From Comamonadaceae bacterium (GTDB lineage: Bacteria; Pseudomonadota; Gammaproteobacteria; Burkholderiales; Burkholderiaceae_C), in assembly GCA_947446885.1 (NCBI GenBank), contig CANFHZ010000001.1, positions 11,806 to 75,805 on the forward strand: 64,000 bases of DNA, read 5' to 3'. The notes under the pieces were generated by a model that saw nothing but the letters and a program-made list of their open reading frames with translations, did not search any database and had not been told where the DNA came from. Both the position numbers and the translations under genes were made by a program. Each line of letters starts with the position of its first letter. Position 1 is the stretch's first letter. Shown piece by piece: positions 51,677 to 61,015 of this stretch.

Positions 51677-52419
51677 CAGTGGCCCAGAATTTTGGAAAGA
51701 AAGTCCTGGCTGCGCGGATTTTGCGGGTTGTTGAAAAATGCGTCGGGCGTGTTTTGCTCCACGATCTGCCCTTCGTCCATGAAGATCACGCGATCGGCTA
51801 CGGCCTTGGCAAAACCCATTTCGTGGGTAACGCAGACCATGGTGATGCCCTGTCCGGCCAGCTCGATCATCACGTCCAGCACTTCCTTGATCATTTCCGG
51901 GTCGAGCGCCGAGGTGGGCTCATCAAACAGCATGATTTTTGGCGTCAGACACAGGGCGCGGGCAATCGCCACCCGTTGTTGCTGACCGCCGCTGAGTTGC
52001 AGCGGGTATTTGTGGGCCTGCTCGGCAATGCGCACGCGCTGCAATTGCTCCATGGCGCGGGCCTCGGCCTCTTTTTTTGGTAATTTGCCCACCCACATGG
52101 GCGACAGGGTCAGGTTCTCCAGCACCGTGAGGTGGGGAAACAGGTTGAACTGCTGGAACACCATGCCCACTTTTTTGCGTACTTCGTCAATGACTTTGAC
52201 ATCGTCGCCAATCTCCACGCCGTCCACCCGCAGCACACCCTGCTGGTGTTCTTCCAGGCGGTTGATGCAGCGGATCAGCGTGGACTTGCCGGAGCCGGAC
52301 GGGCCGCAGACTACGATGCGCTCGCCCGTCTGGATGCGCAGGTCGATATCACGCAGCACATGGAAGCTGTTGCCGTACCACTTATTGACTTTCTCGAACG
52401 CGATGATGGGTGATGACAT
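51676..52419 (-). CDS. aapP: General L-amino acid ABC transporter ATP-binding protein (AapP/BztD-like)
   Basis: [30 protein letters not shown] and [11 protein letters not shown]. Confidence 0.92.
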   Translation of the reverse strand: MSSPIIAFEKVNKWYGNSFHVLRDIDLRIQTGERIVVCGPSGSGKSTLIRCINRLEEHQQGVLRVDGVEIGDDVKVIDEVRKKVGMVFQQFNLFPHLTVLENLTLSPMWVGKLPKKEAEARAMEQLQRVRIAEQAHKYPLQLSGGQQQRVAIARALCLTPKIMLFDEPTSALDPEMIKEVLDVMIELAGQGITMVCVTHEMGFAKAVADRVIFMDEGQIVEQNTPDAFFNNPQNPRSQDFLSKILGH

Positions 52420-52430
52420 GGAATGGTTCC

Positions 52431-53525
52431 TCAGCGCTGGCGGCTCTTGTTGACCTGGGCTTCGATCCACTGGCTGTAGCGCGACATGGAAAAGCAAAAA
52501 ACAAAGTAAATCAGGGCGATGAACAGATAGCCTTCAATGCGGAAGGGCCGCCAGTTGGCGTCGGAGTTCATGGCCATGCCCATGGCGCCCGTGAGTTCGT
52601 ACAGGCTGACAATTGCCACCAGCGAGGTGTCTTTGAAGGTGGAGATGAAGTTGTTCATCAAGCCCGGAACCACCATGGCCAGTGCCTGGGGCAATACAAC
52701 CATGCGCTGCGTTTGCCAGTACGACAAGCCCAGCGTCGCAGCGGCTTCGATCTGCCCTTTGGGAATTGCCTGCAAGCCACCGCGAATGACCTCGGCCATG
52801 TAGGCGGCTGCGAACAGCGTGATACCAGCCAGCACACGGATCAGCACATCAATATTGAAGCCCTGCGGCATCAGCAGCGGAAACATGAACGAGGCCATGA
52901 ACAGCACCGAGATCAGCGGCACACCGCGAATCAGTTCCACGTACACCGTGCACAGGCTGCGGATCGCCGGCATGCCCGAACGCCGGCCCAATGCAATCAG
53001 CACCGCAATCGGGAAGGCCATCACCATGGACAGCGAGGCCAGCAAAATCGTCAGCGGCAGACCGCTCCACAGGTCGGTTTCCACATAGCGCAGTCCCCCG
53101 ATGCCTCCGCGCATCAGTGCAAAGTAGACCAACAAAACCGCGCCCCACAACACGGGTAGCCAGGGCTTCCAGAATGCGCGCGTGCAACTGGCCATGATCA
53201 GGGCCAACAAAAGCACCGTGCACACCAGCGCGCGCCAGTGCTCATCGTGCGGGTAGCGCCCGAACAGAATAAAGCGGAATTTCTCTTTCACCACCGCCCA
53301 GCAGGCGCCACTGGCGGCGTGGCACACCTCGTACCCGCCGTTCAGTATCGCGTCGGTAAAAGTCCAGTTCAACAGACGCGGCAGCAAAGCAAGCAGGGCC
53401 GCGCCAATGCACAAGGTTCCAAGGCTGGTTTTCCAGTCGTAGAACAGATTCGATTTGCACCAGGCTAGCCATCCGCTGGCAGCAGCGGGAGCGGGGCGCG
53501 GGGCGATGGGGGAGTAGGTCGACAT
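52431..53525 (-). CDS. aapM: Amino acid ABC transporter permease (AapM/BztC-like)
   Basis: [31 protein letters not shown] and [15 protein letters not shown]. Confidence 0.9.
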   Translation of the reverse strand: MSTYSPIAPRPAPAAASGWLAWCKSNLFYDWKTSLGTLCIGAALLALLPRLLNWTFTDAILNGGYEVCHAASGACWAVVKEKFRFILFGRYPHDEHWRALVCTVLLLALIMASCTRAFWKPWLPVLWGAVLLVYFALMRGGIGGLRYVETDLWSGLPLTILLASLSMVMAFPIAVLIALGRRSGMPAIRSLCTVYVELIRGVPLISVLFMASFMFPLLMPQGFNIDVLIRVLAGITLFAAAYMAEVIRGGLQAIPKGQIEAAATLGLSYWQTQRMVVLPQALAMVVPGLMNNFISTFKDTSLVAIVSLYELTGAMGMAMNSDANWRPFRIEGYLFIALIYFVFCFSMSRYSQWIEAQVNKSRQR

Positions 53526-53545
53526 CGGCGTATGGTGGCTAGCGG

Positions 53546-54724
53546 CTAGCGTTCTTTGATTTCGGCCCGGGCGTTGTACCAGTTCATCAGCAGCGCAGTG
53601 AACAGCGATGTGCTCAGGTACACCACCATGATGAGCGCAATGCACTCGACGGCACGGCCGGTTTGGTTGATCGCGGTGTTGGCTATCGACACCACATCCG
53701 GATAGCCGATGGCCACGGCCAGCGAAGAATTTTTGGTCAGATTCAGGTACTGGTTGGTCATGGGCGGGATGATCACCCGCAGGGCCTGCGGCAGCATTAC
53801 CAGCCGCATGCTCTGCGCCTGTGAAAGACCCAGAGCGCTGGCGGCCTCGGCTTGTCCCTGTGCTACCGACTGAATGCCACCGCGCACCACCTCGGCCACA
53901 AAAGCGGCTGTGTACATGGTCAAGCCCACCAGCAGCGCCAGAAACTCGGGCGTCAGGGCCCCGCCGTTTTCAATGGCGAACTCACCGCGTACCGGCATGT
54001 TCGTCTCGGTGGGCGCGCCACCCAAGAGCCAACCGGCCAGGCCACAGGCCAGAACCAGGGCAAGCGGAACCCAGACCATGCTGCGGGGTATGCCGGTCGC
54101 TTCAAAACGGCGCGTGGCCTGCCTGCGCCAGAACCCGGCCAGGGGCAGACCGAGCACGAATCCCCAGGCGGCCCATACATGTCCTCCAGCCCAGACTGGA
54201 ATCGGAAAGTTCAAACCACCCTTGCTAAGAAAGAGGGGGCCGAGCTCCCAGGCTTCAGCGGCATCAGGCAGCAACTCGGTGAACATCAGGTACCACATCA
54301 AAAGCTGTAACAGCACCGGGATGTTGCGGAATGTTTCCACGTACAGGCGGCACAGGCCGCGCACCAGCGCGTTGCGCGAGAAGCGCCCCACGCCCAGCAG
54401 CGTTCCCAGCACCGTGGTCAGAATAATGCCCAGTACGGCCACGCGCAGGGTGTTGGTGACACCCACCAGATAAGCCTGCAGATACGATTCACCGGAGTCG
54501 AAAGCGAACAGGCTCTCGCCGATGTCAAAACCGGCCGTACCCAACAAAAATCCAAACCCGCTCTGGATGCCGCGCTGGCGCATATTGGTCGCCGTGTTGT
54601 GCGCCAGATACCAGACCAGCAGAGCGATCACGCCCAAGGCCACAAGCTGGTAGACCCATGCTCGGAAGGCCTGGCTGCGCCAGGACCAGCGGGTGTTTTT
54701 CGCGGAGACAGGAGGAGGTGTCAT
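53546..54724 (-). CDS. aapQ: Amino acid ABC transporter permease (AapQ/BztB-like)
   Basis: SGFGFL...AGFDIGE, ETFRNIPVLLQL, AEVVRGGI and NLTKNSSLA. Confidence 0.9.
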   Translation of the reverse strand: MTPPPVSAKNTRWSWRSQAFRAWVYQLVALGVIALLVWYLAHNTATNMRQRGIQSGFGFLLGTAGFDIGESLFAFDSGESYLQAYLVGVTNTLRVAVLGIILTTVLGTLLGVGRFSRNALVRGLCRLYVETFRNIPVLLQLLMWYLMFTELLPDAAEAWELGPLFLSKGGLNFPIPVWAGGHVWAAWGFVLGLPLAGFWRRQATRRFEATGIPRSMVWVPLALVLACGLAGWLLGGAPTETNMPVRGEFAIENGGALTPEFLALLVGLTMYTAAFVAEVVRGGIQSVAQGQAEAASALGLSQAQSMRLVMLPQALRVIIPPMTNQYLNLTKNSSLAVAIGYPDVVSIANTAINQTGRAVECIALIMVVYLSTSLFTALLMNWYNARAEIKER

Positions 54725-54770
54725 GCGGGGGTGCTGGTGAAATTGAATAAATGCGCCGTTTTAGGAGCGA

Positions 54771-54804
54771 AAAGGGCAGCGCAACACGGGTTGCGCTGCC
54801 CCTT
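54771..54804 (-). terminator. Hairpin between aapJ and aapQ (partial terminator or mRNA stabiliser)
   Basis: AAAGGGCAGCGCAAC-ACGG-GTTGCGCTGCCCTTT: a perfect 15-bp stem ending in a short T-run on the minus strand. Confidence 0.75.
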
Positions 54805-54825
54805 TACAGGCGCTTGAACAAGCAA

Positions 54826-55860
54826 TCAGCGGATAGGCGGAGCGTACTGGATACCGCCCTTGTTCCACAGATTATTCAGGCCGCGTGGCAACTGCAAGGC
54901 TGATTTCGGGCCGACATTGCGTTCGAAAATTTCACCGTAGTTACCAGTGGCTTTGACGGCGTTGGCCATCCATTCTTTGTCCAGGCCCAGCAACTTGCCC
55001 GTATCTTCGGTGCTGCCCAGAATACGGCCCACCACCGGATCTTTGCTATTGGCTTTGAGCTCGTCCACATTGGCTTGCGTGATGCCGTTTTCTTCGGCTT
55101 CAAGCAGGCCGAAAATCGTCCACTTCACGATGGCAGCCCATTCATCATCACCACGGCGCACCAGGGGTCCCAGTGGTTCTTTGGAAATCAGTTCAGGCAG
55201 GATCAGGTGGTCTGCAGGATTTTTGGCCGACTTGTTGCGCACCGAAGCCAGACCCGATGCATCCGTTGTGTACGACACACAGCGGCCGGAAAAGTAAGCA
55301 CCTTCTACGGCGTCCAGCTTTTCAAAGACCACGGGTTTGATGTTCAGGCCGTTGGCTTTGGAGAAATCCGTCAGGTTTTTCTCCGTGGTAGTGCCCGACT
55401 GCACGCACACGGTCTGGCCTTTGAGCTGTTTGGCGTTTTTGATTTTGCTCTTGACGGGAACCATAAAGCCCTGGCCGTCGTAATAGACCACGGCTGTTTG
55501 GCTCAGACCCAGCGAGGCGTCGCGGGTCAGGGTGAAGGTGGTGTTGCGCGAGAGCATGTCGATTTCACCGGACTGCAGCGCGGTAAAACGTGCTTGTGCC
55601 GTGAGGGGCACGTATTTGACTTTCTCTGCATCGCCCAGAGTCGCTGCGGCCACGGCACGGCACATATCGACATCAATACCCGCCCATTTGCCGTTGGAGT
55701 CCGCTGCGCTGAAACCGGCCAAGCCGGTATGCACACCGCAAATCACCTGTCCGCGCGCCTTGATGGCGTCCAGCGTTTTTCCGGCGTGTGCGGGGAGCGT
55801 GGCAAAAACCGTGATGGCTGCGACAGCGGCAGCTGCAAATTTCGTGGTTTGAAAAGACAT
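54826..55860 (-). CDS. aapJ: Amino acid ABC transporter substrate-binding protein (AapJ/BztA-like)
   Basis: Signal peptide, TLDAIKARGQVICG, ARFTALQSGEIDMLSRNTT, YYDGQGF, ISKEPLGP and GNYGEIFERN. Confidence 0.93.
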   Translation of the reverse strand: MSFQTTKFAAAAVAAITVFATLPAHAGKTLDAIKARGQVICGVHTGLAGFSAADSNGKWAGIDVDMCRAVAAATLGDAEKVKYVPLTAQARFTALQSGEIDMLSRNTTFTLTRDASLGLSQTAVVYYDGQGFMVPVKSKIKNAKQLKGQTVCVQSGTTTEKNLTDFSKANGLNIKPVVFEKLDAVEGAYFSGRCVSYTTDASGLASVRNKSAKNPADHLILPELISKEPLGPLVRRGDDEWAAIVKWTIFGLLEAEENGITQANVDELKANSKDPVVGRILGSTEDTGKLLGLDKEWMANAVKATGNYGEIFERNVGPKSALQLPRGLNNLWNKGGIQYAPPIR

Positions 55861-56064
55861 ACCGATATTCCTCTGGATGGTGAACGTGCAGGCTGCGTAA
55901 GCCGCCGGGTTGAAAAAAGCGCTGGCACCCACGTGCCGGTTTGTGCGCCGCATACAGTGCGTCGGCATTGTAGCCACGCGTCCCGGTCGGTGGCCCTCGG
56001 GTATACGCGGGTTGCACATGCTGCGCTACAGTGAAGCGCATATTCCTATTCGCCAAGATTCGCC

Positions 56065-57276
56065 ATGCCCCAAAACCCTGTTTCCACCGCATTCGAAACC
56101 AGCACGCCTGCGCGTGCCGGATTCGATCCCCTGCGCTTGGCCGCTGCGCTTGAGCGTATGCGCATGGATGTTGGGCAGGGTCGTATTCCGGGCGTGGTGC
56201 TTTTGCTCGCTCGCCAGGGCCGCCTGGTCTTGCACGAGGCGCTGGGCTTGCAGGACCCGCAGGCTGGCACTCCGATGGCGCGGGAAGCCATTTTCCGCAT
56301 TTACTCCATGACCAAGCCCCTCACCTCTCTGGCGGTCTTGCAGTTGGCCGAGCGAGGGCAGTTGTTACTGAGTGATCCGGTAAGCAGCTATTTGCCAGCT
56401 TTCGCCCGGTTGCAGGTTGCGCACTTTGATGGCGACCGCATGACGCTGCAACCCATGCACCAAGCGCCCACCATCCACGACTTGCTGCGCCATACCGCCG
56501 GGTTGACCTATGCTTTTCTGGACGATGGGCCTATGCAGCGCATGTATGTGCGAGCCCGCTTACGCAGCGGCACGCTGGACACCAACGGTTTTATTCAAGC
56601 GCTGGCGGGGCTGCCGCTGGCCTTCCAGCCCGGCTCCATCTGGGAATACAGCCACGCCACCGATGTGCTGGGTGCGGTGATCGAAGCGGTCACCGGGCAG
56701 CGCCTGGGTGTGTTTCTGGAGCAGTCCATTTGCGGCCCGCTGGGCATGGTGGATACCGGTTTCTGGACCCCACCCGACAAACAGCACCGCCTGGCCGAAC
56801 CGCTGGCTGCAGAGATTCCGCAGCTGCCCATGCCCTTGCTGGACCCGCGCAAACCGCCCGCGATGGACGGCGGCGGCTCGGGCCTCATGTCCACCGCCAT
56901 GGACTACGCCCGCTTTTTGCAGTGCTTGCTCAATGGCGGCATCTTGGACGGCCAGCGCATCGCCAGCCCGCCCACGGTGCGCATGATGACGCACGACCAT
57001 GTAGGCACCATCCCGCAAAACATCAGCCGTTTCGGCGGCCAGATGCTCACGCCCGGTATCGGCTTTGGGCTGGGGTTTGCCGTGCGCATGGCCGAGGGTC
57101 TGGAAGACCTGCCGGGCTCGCCAGGTATGTATTCCTGGGGCGGCGTCTGCGGTACCACCTTCTGGGTGGATCCGCAGCAGGAACTGGTCGCGGTGTTGAT
57201 GAGCCAGGCTTCGCTGACGCGCGAGCATTACCGCCAGCTCTGGCGCAATCTGGTCTACGCGGCCATGGACACATGA
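56065..57276 (+). CDS. Serine hydrolase, beta-lactamase fold (family VIII esterase-like)
   Basis: SxxK in IYSMTKP, LLRHTAGL, WEYSHATDVLG and YSWGG. Confidence 0.9.
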   Translation: MPQNPVSTAFETSTPARAGFDPLRLAAALERMRMDVGQGRIPGVVLLLARQGRLVLHEALGLQDPQAGTPMAREAIFRIYSMTKPLTSLAVLQLAERGQLLLSDPVSSYLPAFARLQVAHFDGDRMTLQPMHQAPTIHDLLRHTAGLTYAFLDDGPMQRMYVRARLRSGTLDTNGFIQALAGLPLAFQPGSIWEYSHATDVLGAVIEAVTGQRLGVFLEQSICGPLGMVDTGFWTPPDKQHRLAEPLAAEIPQLPMPLLDPRKPPAMDGGGSGLMSTAMDYARFLQCLLNGGILDGQRIASPPTVRMMTHDHVGTIPQNISRFGGQMLTPGIGFGLGFAVRMAEGLEDLPGSPGMYSWGGVCGTTFWVDPQQELVAVLMSQASLTREHYRQLWRNLVYAAMDT

Positions 57277-58613
57277 CCGGCACGGACCACACCAGCCCAG
57301 CGCGGGCCTTGGAAACAGTCTTGCCGGTTGAGGATGCGCTGATCGTGCAAGCCGCAGACGATGAAGCCACGGATGCCGCCAGCGAGGAGACACCGGCACA
57401 GCCTGCGCCGCGCCCCTACGCGCTGGTTTTGTTCGGTGCCAGCGGATTTGTCGGGCGGCAGGCGGCGCAGTACCTGGCGCAGCACCCCGACATGGTGGGC
57501 CGGGCCTGGGCGATTGCCGGGCGCAACCAGGAGCGGCTGGAGGCAGTGCGGGCGCGGTGCACGGGCCAGGTACCTGATATCGTGTTGGCCAATGCGCAGG
57601 ACACCGCGTCGCTGGATACCCTGGCGTCCTGCGCCGATGTGGTGATGAGCACTGCAGGGCCTTTTGCCTTGCTGGGCAGTGGCCTGGTGGCTGCCTGCGT
57701 GCGCCAGCGCAGCCACTATGTGGACATCACCGGCGAGACCCCCTGGGTTCGGGATGTGATTGCCCGCCACCACGCGCAGGCCGCGCAAGACGGAATCCGC
57801 ATCGTGCCCTTGTGCGGTTTTGATTCGGTGCCGTCTGACCTCAGCGCATTTCTGGCACACACCACGCTGATGCAGCGCCACGGCGAACCGGCCTACCGCG
57901 TGAAGGCGGCCTTCCGCTTGCGCGGCGGCTTCAACGGCGGCACCTTGGCCTCGATGTTCCAGATGTTTGACAGCGGCGAGGCACGCATGCTGAGCGATCC
58001 GTTTTTACTGAATCCACCCGGCATGCGGCCCTTTAGCGGACCGCAGCACGCCGACCCCGCGTCCCCGCAGTGGGACGACACGCTGGGCCAATGGCTGGCC
58101 CCGTATTTCATGGCGCCGGTCAATTCCCGCGTGGTGCGGCGCAGCGCCGCCCTGCTGGGTTTCAGCCCGGATTTTGCGTACCGCGAATACCTGCAGACCG
58201 GCGCGGGTGTGGGCGGTGCGCTGGCTGCTGGCAGCCTGAGTTTTGCTGAAACAGTGACGCAGGCCGCCCTCCATTGGGCCCCGCTGCGCCGTTTGATCCG
58301 GGGCTACGCGCCCGCTCCGGGAACCGGCCCTTCTGAGGACGTGATCAACCAGGGCAGTTTCCATTGCGAATGGCTGGGGCGCAGTGCCAGCGGCAAACTG
58401 GTGCGCGGCCATATTGCCGATGCCGGTGATCCCGGCAACCGGGGCACCACCAAGATGCTGTGCGAGTCGGCGCTGGCGCTGGTGGTTGACAGGGACGAAC
58501 TGCCCGGTGGACCGGCCATGGGCGGCGTGCTGACCTCGGCCAGCGCTTTCGGCGACGTGCTGCTGCGGCGGCTGCGCGCCACAGGGATGCGCATCCGGGT
58601 CAACCCGGCCTGA
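57273..58613 (+). CDS. Saccharopine dehydrogenase-like / trans-acting enoyl reductase family oxidoreductase
   Basis: LFGASGFVG, IAGRN, STAGPF, HYVDITGE, CGFDSVPSD and TKMLCESAL. ATGA overlap with the hydrolase. Confidence 0.88.
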   Translation: MTGTDHTSPARALETVLPVEDALIVQAADDEATDAASEETPAQPAPRPYALVLFGASGFVGRQAAQYLAQHPDMVGRAWAIAGRNQERLEAVRARCTGQVPDIVLANAQDTASLDTLASCADVVMSTAGPFALLGSGLVAACVRQRSHYVDITGETPWVRDVIARHHAQAAQDGIRIVPLCGFDSVPSDLSAFLAHTTLMQRHGEPAYRVKAAFRLRGGFNGGTLASMFQMFDSGEARMLSDPFLLNPPGMRPFSGPQHADPASPQWDDTLGQWLAPYFMAPVNSRVVRRSAALLGFSPDFAYREYLQTGAGVGGALAAGSLSFAETVTQAALHWAPLRRLIRGYAPAPGTGPSEDVINQGSFHCEWLGRSASGKLVRGHIADAGDPGNRGTTKMLCESALALVVDRDELPGGPAMGGVLTSASAFGDVLLRRLRATGMRIRVNPA

Positions 58614-58614
58614 T

Positions 58615-59241
58615 TCAGCGTATGCGCGGGAAAGTGGCCTCGGCCTTGTAACTGTCAAAGCTGCTCAGGCGCTGGCGGTTGCACTCAGCTTGCCAGCGCG
58701 AGCCTTGCACCACGCCGCTGACGCAGCGGAACGCGCGCCGGTAGGCGTCGGTCGCCGGGTTTTCTTCGATGGCGATGGCGGCCAATCCGGCCACGATGCC
58801 ACCCTGGCGGCGCACGAGTTCAATCGCCGCAGCCATAGTGCCGCCCGTCTCGACCCACTGGTCCACGACCAGCACTTTGGTGCCGGGCGCGAAGGCCGGC
58901 GTGCGCATTTCCATGTCCTGGGTGCGACCGGAGTAATTGCTAAAGGACACCTTGTCGGTCGCCACGCACAGCTTGCCCGCCTTGCGCACGGGCAAAAAGC
59001 CCACACCCAGGCGCGTGGCCAGGGCCGAGGCCAGCACAAAACCCATGGCGTCCAGACCGGCCACCACATCCACGGTCAGACCATGGAGGTCAGCGACCAG
59101 ATCGTCCAGCAAATCGTGGAAAGCCTCGCCGTTGATGTAGATGGATGTCGGGTCGAGCCAGGCGAATTTGTCACCTTTGGTGTTGGGCGACATGATGGAG
59201 AGGTACCAGCGGTCGTCACGGGGGCTGTTGCGGTGGGTCAT
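58615..59241 (-). CDS. Type I phosphoribosyltransferase (APRT-like, atypical PRPP loop)
   Basis: VVAGLDAMGFVLA, PVRKAGKL and the PRPP loop VLVVDQWVETGGT. Confidence 0.85.
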   Translation of the reverse strand: MTHRNSPRDDRWYLSIMSPNTKGDKFAWLDPTSIYINGEAFHDLLDDLVADLHGLTVDVVAGLDAMGFVLASALATRLGVGFLPVRKAGKLCVATDKVSFSNYSGRTQDMEMRTPAFAPGTKVLVVDQWVETGGTMAAAIELVRRQGGIVAGLAAIAIEENPATDAYRRAFRCVSGVVQGSRWQAECNRQRLSSFDSYKAEATFPRIR

Positions 59242-59990
59242 GCTTGCGCTCCAAAGTTGCGGGTGATGGTCAAGAGTTGCTCCAGGCGTTGCGGGGCGAT
59301 GTTGTAGAAGTCGCCCGGCGGGTTGATGCCCGTGGCAACCATAAAACAATCCACATCAGCGGCGTAGGTCAGGGCGTTGTCCGGCGTGATGCCCGACGCC
59401 AGCGCCAAGGGCGCATCGCCGATGGCGGCGCGGAAGGTCTGGATCTTGCCCGCATCTGCCGCATGCCCGGTCGCCACCCCGGAGGTGCAGACCACATCCA
59501 TATAGCCGGTCGCGATGTGCGCCGAGGTGGCGTAATGTTCGGGCGCCACTTCGCGCTGCTTCTTGAAGCAGGTGCCGCCCAGGTACAGCCCCGTCCAGCC
59601 GCTGTCGGCGCGGGCCCGGGCGATGGCGCCTGCCTGGGTCTGCGTGTGGGCAGGTTCGTGCTCGTTGATGCAGGCGTCATCGGCCCAGTAGGCATCAACC
59701 GGAATACCTTCGGCTTGCAGCGTGCCCAGCACCGGGAAGGCGTGCAAACCTGTCACGGCCAAAAAGTTCACGCCCAAAAAAAGACCCGGAAAGCGCTCGC
59801 GCACATGCCGGACCATAGGCAGAAACTGGGGGTAGGCAAAGTCGTGGTTGATCAGAAAAACCCCGGCTGCGCCTGCGGCCACCGCCAGCCGCACATTGCG
59901 CTCGGCTTGGGCGGCATCCAGCACGTGGATCACCGGCATAACCACCGGGCCCGGTGACTTGAAAAGTTTGTGGAATTCGCTGCGTCGCAT
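59238..59990 (-). CDS. BtpA/SgcQ family TIM-barrel protein
   Basis: VMPVIHV, GVNFL, GGTCFK, VVCTSGVATG, ASGITPDN and FMVATG. Confidence 0.8.
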   Translation of the reverse strand: MRRSEFHKLFKSPGPVVMPVIHVLDAAQAERNVRLAVAAGAAGVFLINHDFAYPQFLPMVRHVRERFPGLFLGVNFLAVTGLHAFPVLGTLQAEGIPVDAYWADDACINEHEPAHTQTQAGAIARARADSGWTGLYLGGTCFKKQREVAPEHYATSAHIATGYMDVVCTSGVATGHAADAGKIQTFRAAIGDAPLALASGITPDNALTYAADVDCFMVATGINPPGDFYNIAPQRLEQLLTITRNFGAQA

Positions 59991-60120
59991 CGTGTTCCTT
60001 GTTCATTACTCCGAAAAATTGCGCCGGTCTGGTGCCGCCACGCGCTACCGGCCACGCATGGTACTTGGTACAGTCGCCGTGATCGCGCCACCACCGGCCC
60101 GACAGCATAAGGATGTAGCC

Positions 60121-60423
60121 GTGGATTTACGCACTGTACCGGTCGCTTGGCTGGATGTCATTCTGGCGTTCACCCTGCTGGAATGGCTGGCCCTGGCCAT
60201 GCGTCGGCGCTACAGCGGGCGCGGCCTGGACCTGGCTGATCTGAGCTTCGGTTTGGTGCCCGGGCTCTTGCTGATGCTGGCCCTGCGTCTAGCCGCACCG
60301 GCGGAGGTGCCACCGGGGGTGTTTTTGTGTTGCGCCGCTGCCGGCGTTTTCCATGCCTGGGACTTCGTGCGCCGCAGCCGCTGCGCTGACCGGGCGGCCA
60401 CACTTAGCGCCGCCGCGCCATGA
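60121..60423 (+). CDS. Small hypothetical membrane protein (about 3 TM)
   Basis: GTG start with AAGGA upstream. 100 aa: ILAFTLLEWLAL...GRGL...GLLLMLALR...AGVFHAWD. Confidence 0.6.
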   Translation: MDLRTVPVAWLDVILAFTLLEWLALAMRRRYSGRGLDLADLSFGLVPGLLLMLALRLAAPAEVPPGVFLCCAAAGVFHAWDFVRRSRCADRAATLSAAAP

Positions 60424-60448
60424 ATTTCCGCCAGGATGGGTTTGCAGG

Positions 60449-61015
60449 GTGCTGAGCATCGCGGTACTGGGTGCCGAGTGCACGGGTAAGACGACGCTGC
60501 TGCGTGGCATGGCCGAGCGCTTGCGCATAAATGGCGCACGCGTTTGCGTGGTGGACGAGGTATTGCGCGATTGGTGTGCCGCGCAGGGCCGCACCCCGCG
60601 TCCGCATGAGCAGGCAGCCATCCTGCAGGCCCAGATCGCCGCAGTGGATGCGGCGCAGACCTGCGATTACCTGCTCTGCGACACCACCCCGCTGATGACG
60701 GCGGTGTACAGCGATGTGCTGTTCGGCGACCCAAGCCTGTACCCGGCCGCCCTGGCGCACCAGCGCCGTTACCAGCTCAGCCTTTTGGCAGATACCGACC
60801 TGCCTTGGCAGGCTGACGGTATCCAGCGGGACGGGCCTGCGGCGCGTGCCCAGGTAGACCGGCGGCTGCGCGACGTCCTTCGCATCCACGCCCTTGCGGT
60901 GCAGCCGATCAGCGGTCGGGGCGTGGCGCGGCTGGAGTGCGCGCTGGCAGCACTGGCCCCCTTGCCCGGGCGCCTTAGCAGTGCGGACATGGCACCAGCG
61001 GGCGGGCGGCGTTGA
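60449..61015 (+). CDS. NadR-like P-loop kinase/ATPase (AAA_28 / ribosylnicotinamide kinase domain)
   Basis: IAVLGAECTGKTTL, LLCDTTPLMTAVYS and DLPWQADGIQRD. Start codon uncertain. Confidence 0.85.
   Translation: MLSIAVLGAECTGKTTLLRGMAERLRINGARVCVVDEVLRDWCAAQGRTPRPHEQAAILQAQIAAVDAAQTCDYLLCDTTPLMTAVYSDVLFGDPSLYPAALAHQRRYQLSLLADTDLPWQADGIQRDGPAARAQVDRRLRDVLRIHALAVQPISGRGVARLECALAALAPLPGRLSSADMAPAGGRR

Noticed and set aside
55922-55937. TGGCAC-like sequence as a sigma54 promoter
   Set aside because: GG-to-GC spacing is 9 rather than 10, and it faces away from aapJ. It is better explained as a hairpin arm.
56065-57276. Possible antibiotic-resistance beta-lactamase
   Set aside because: No signal peptide, and the motif pattern (LLRHTAG, WGG) fits cytoplasmic family VIII esterases better than AmpC.
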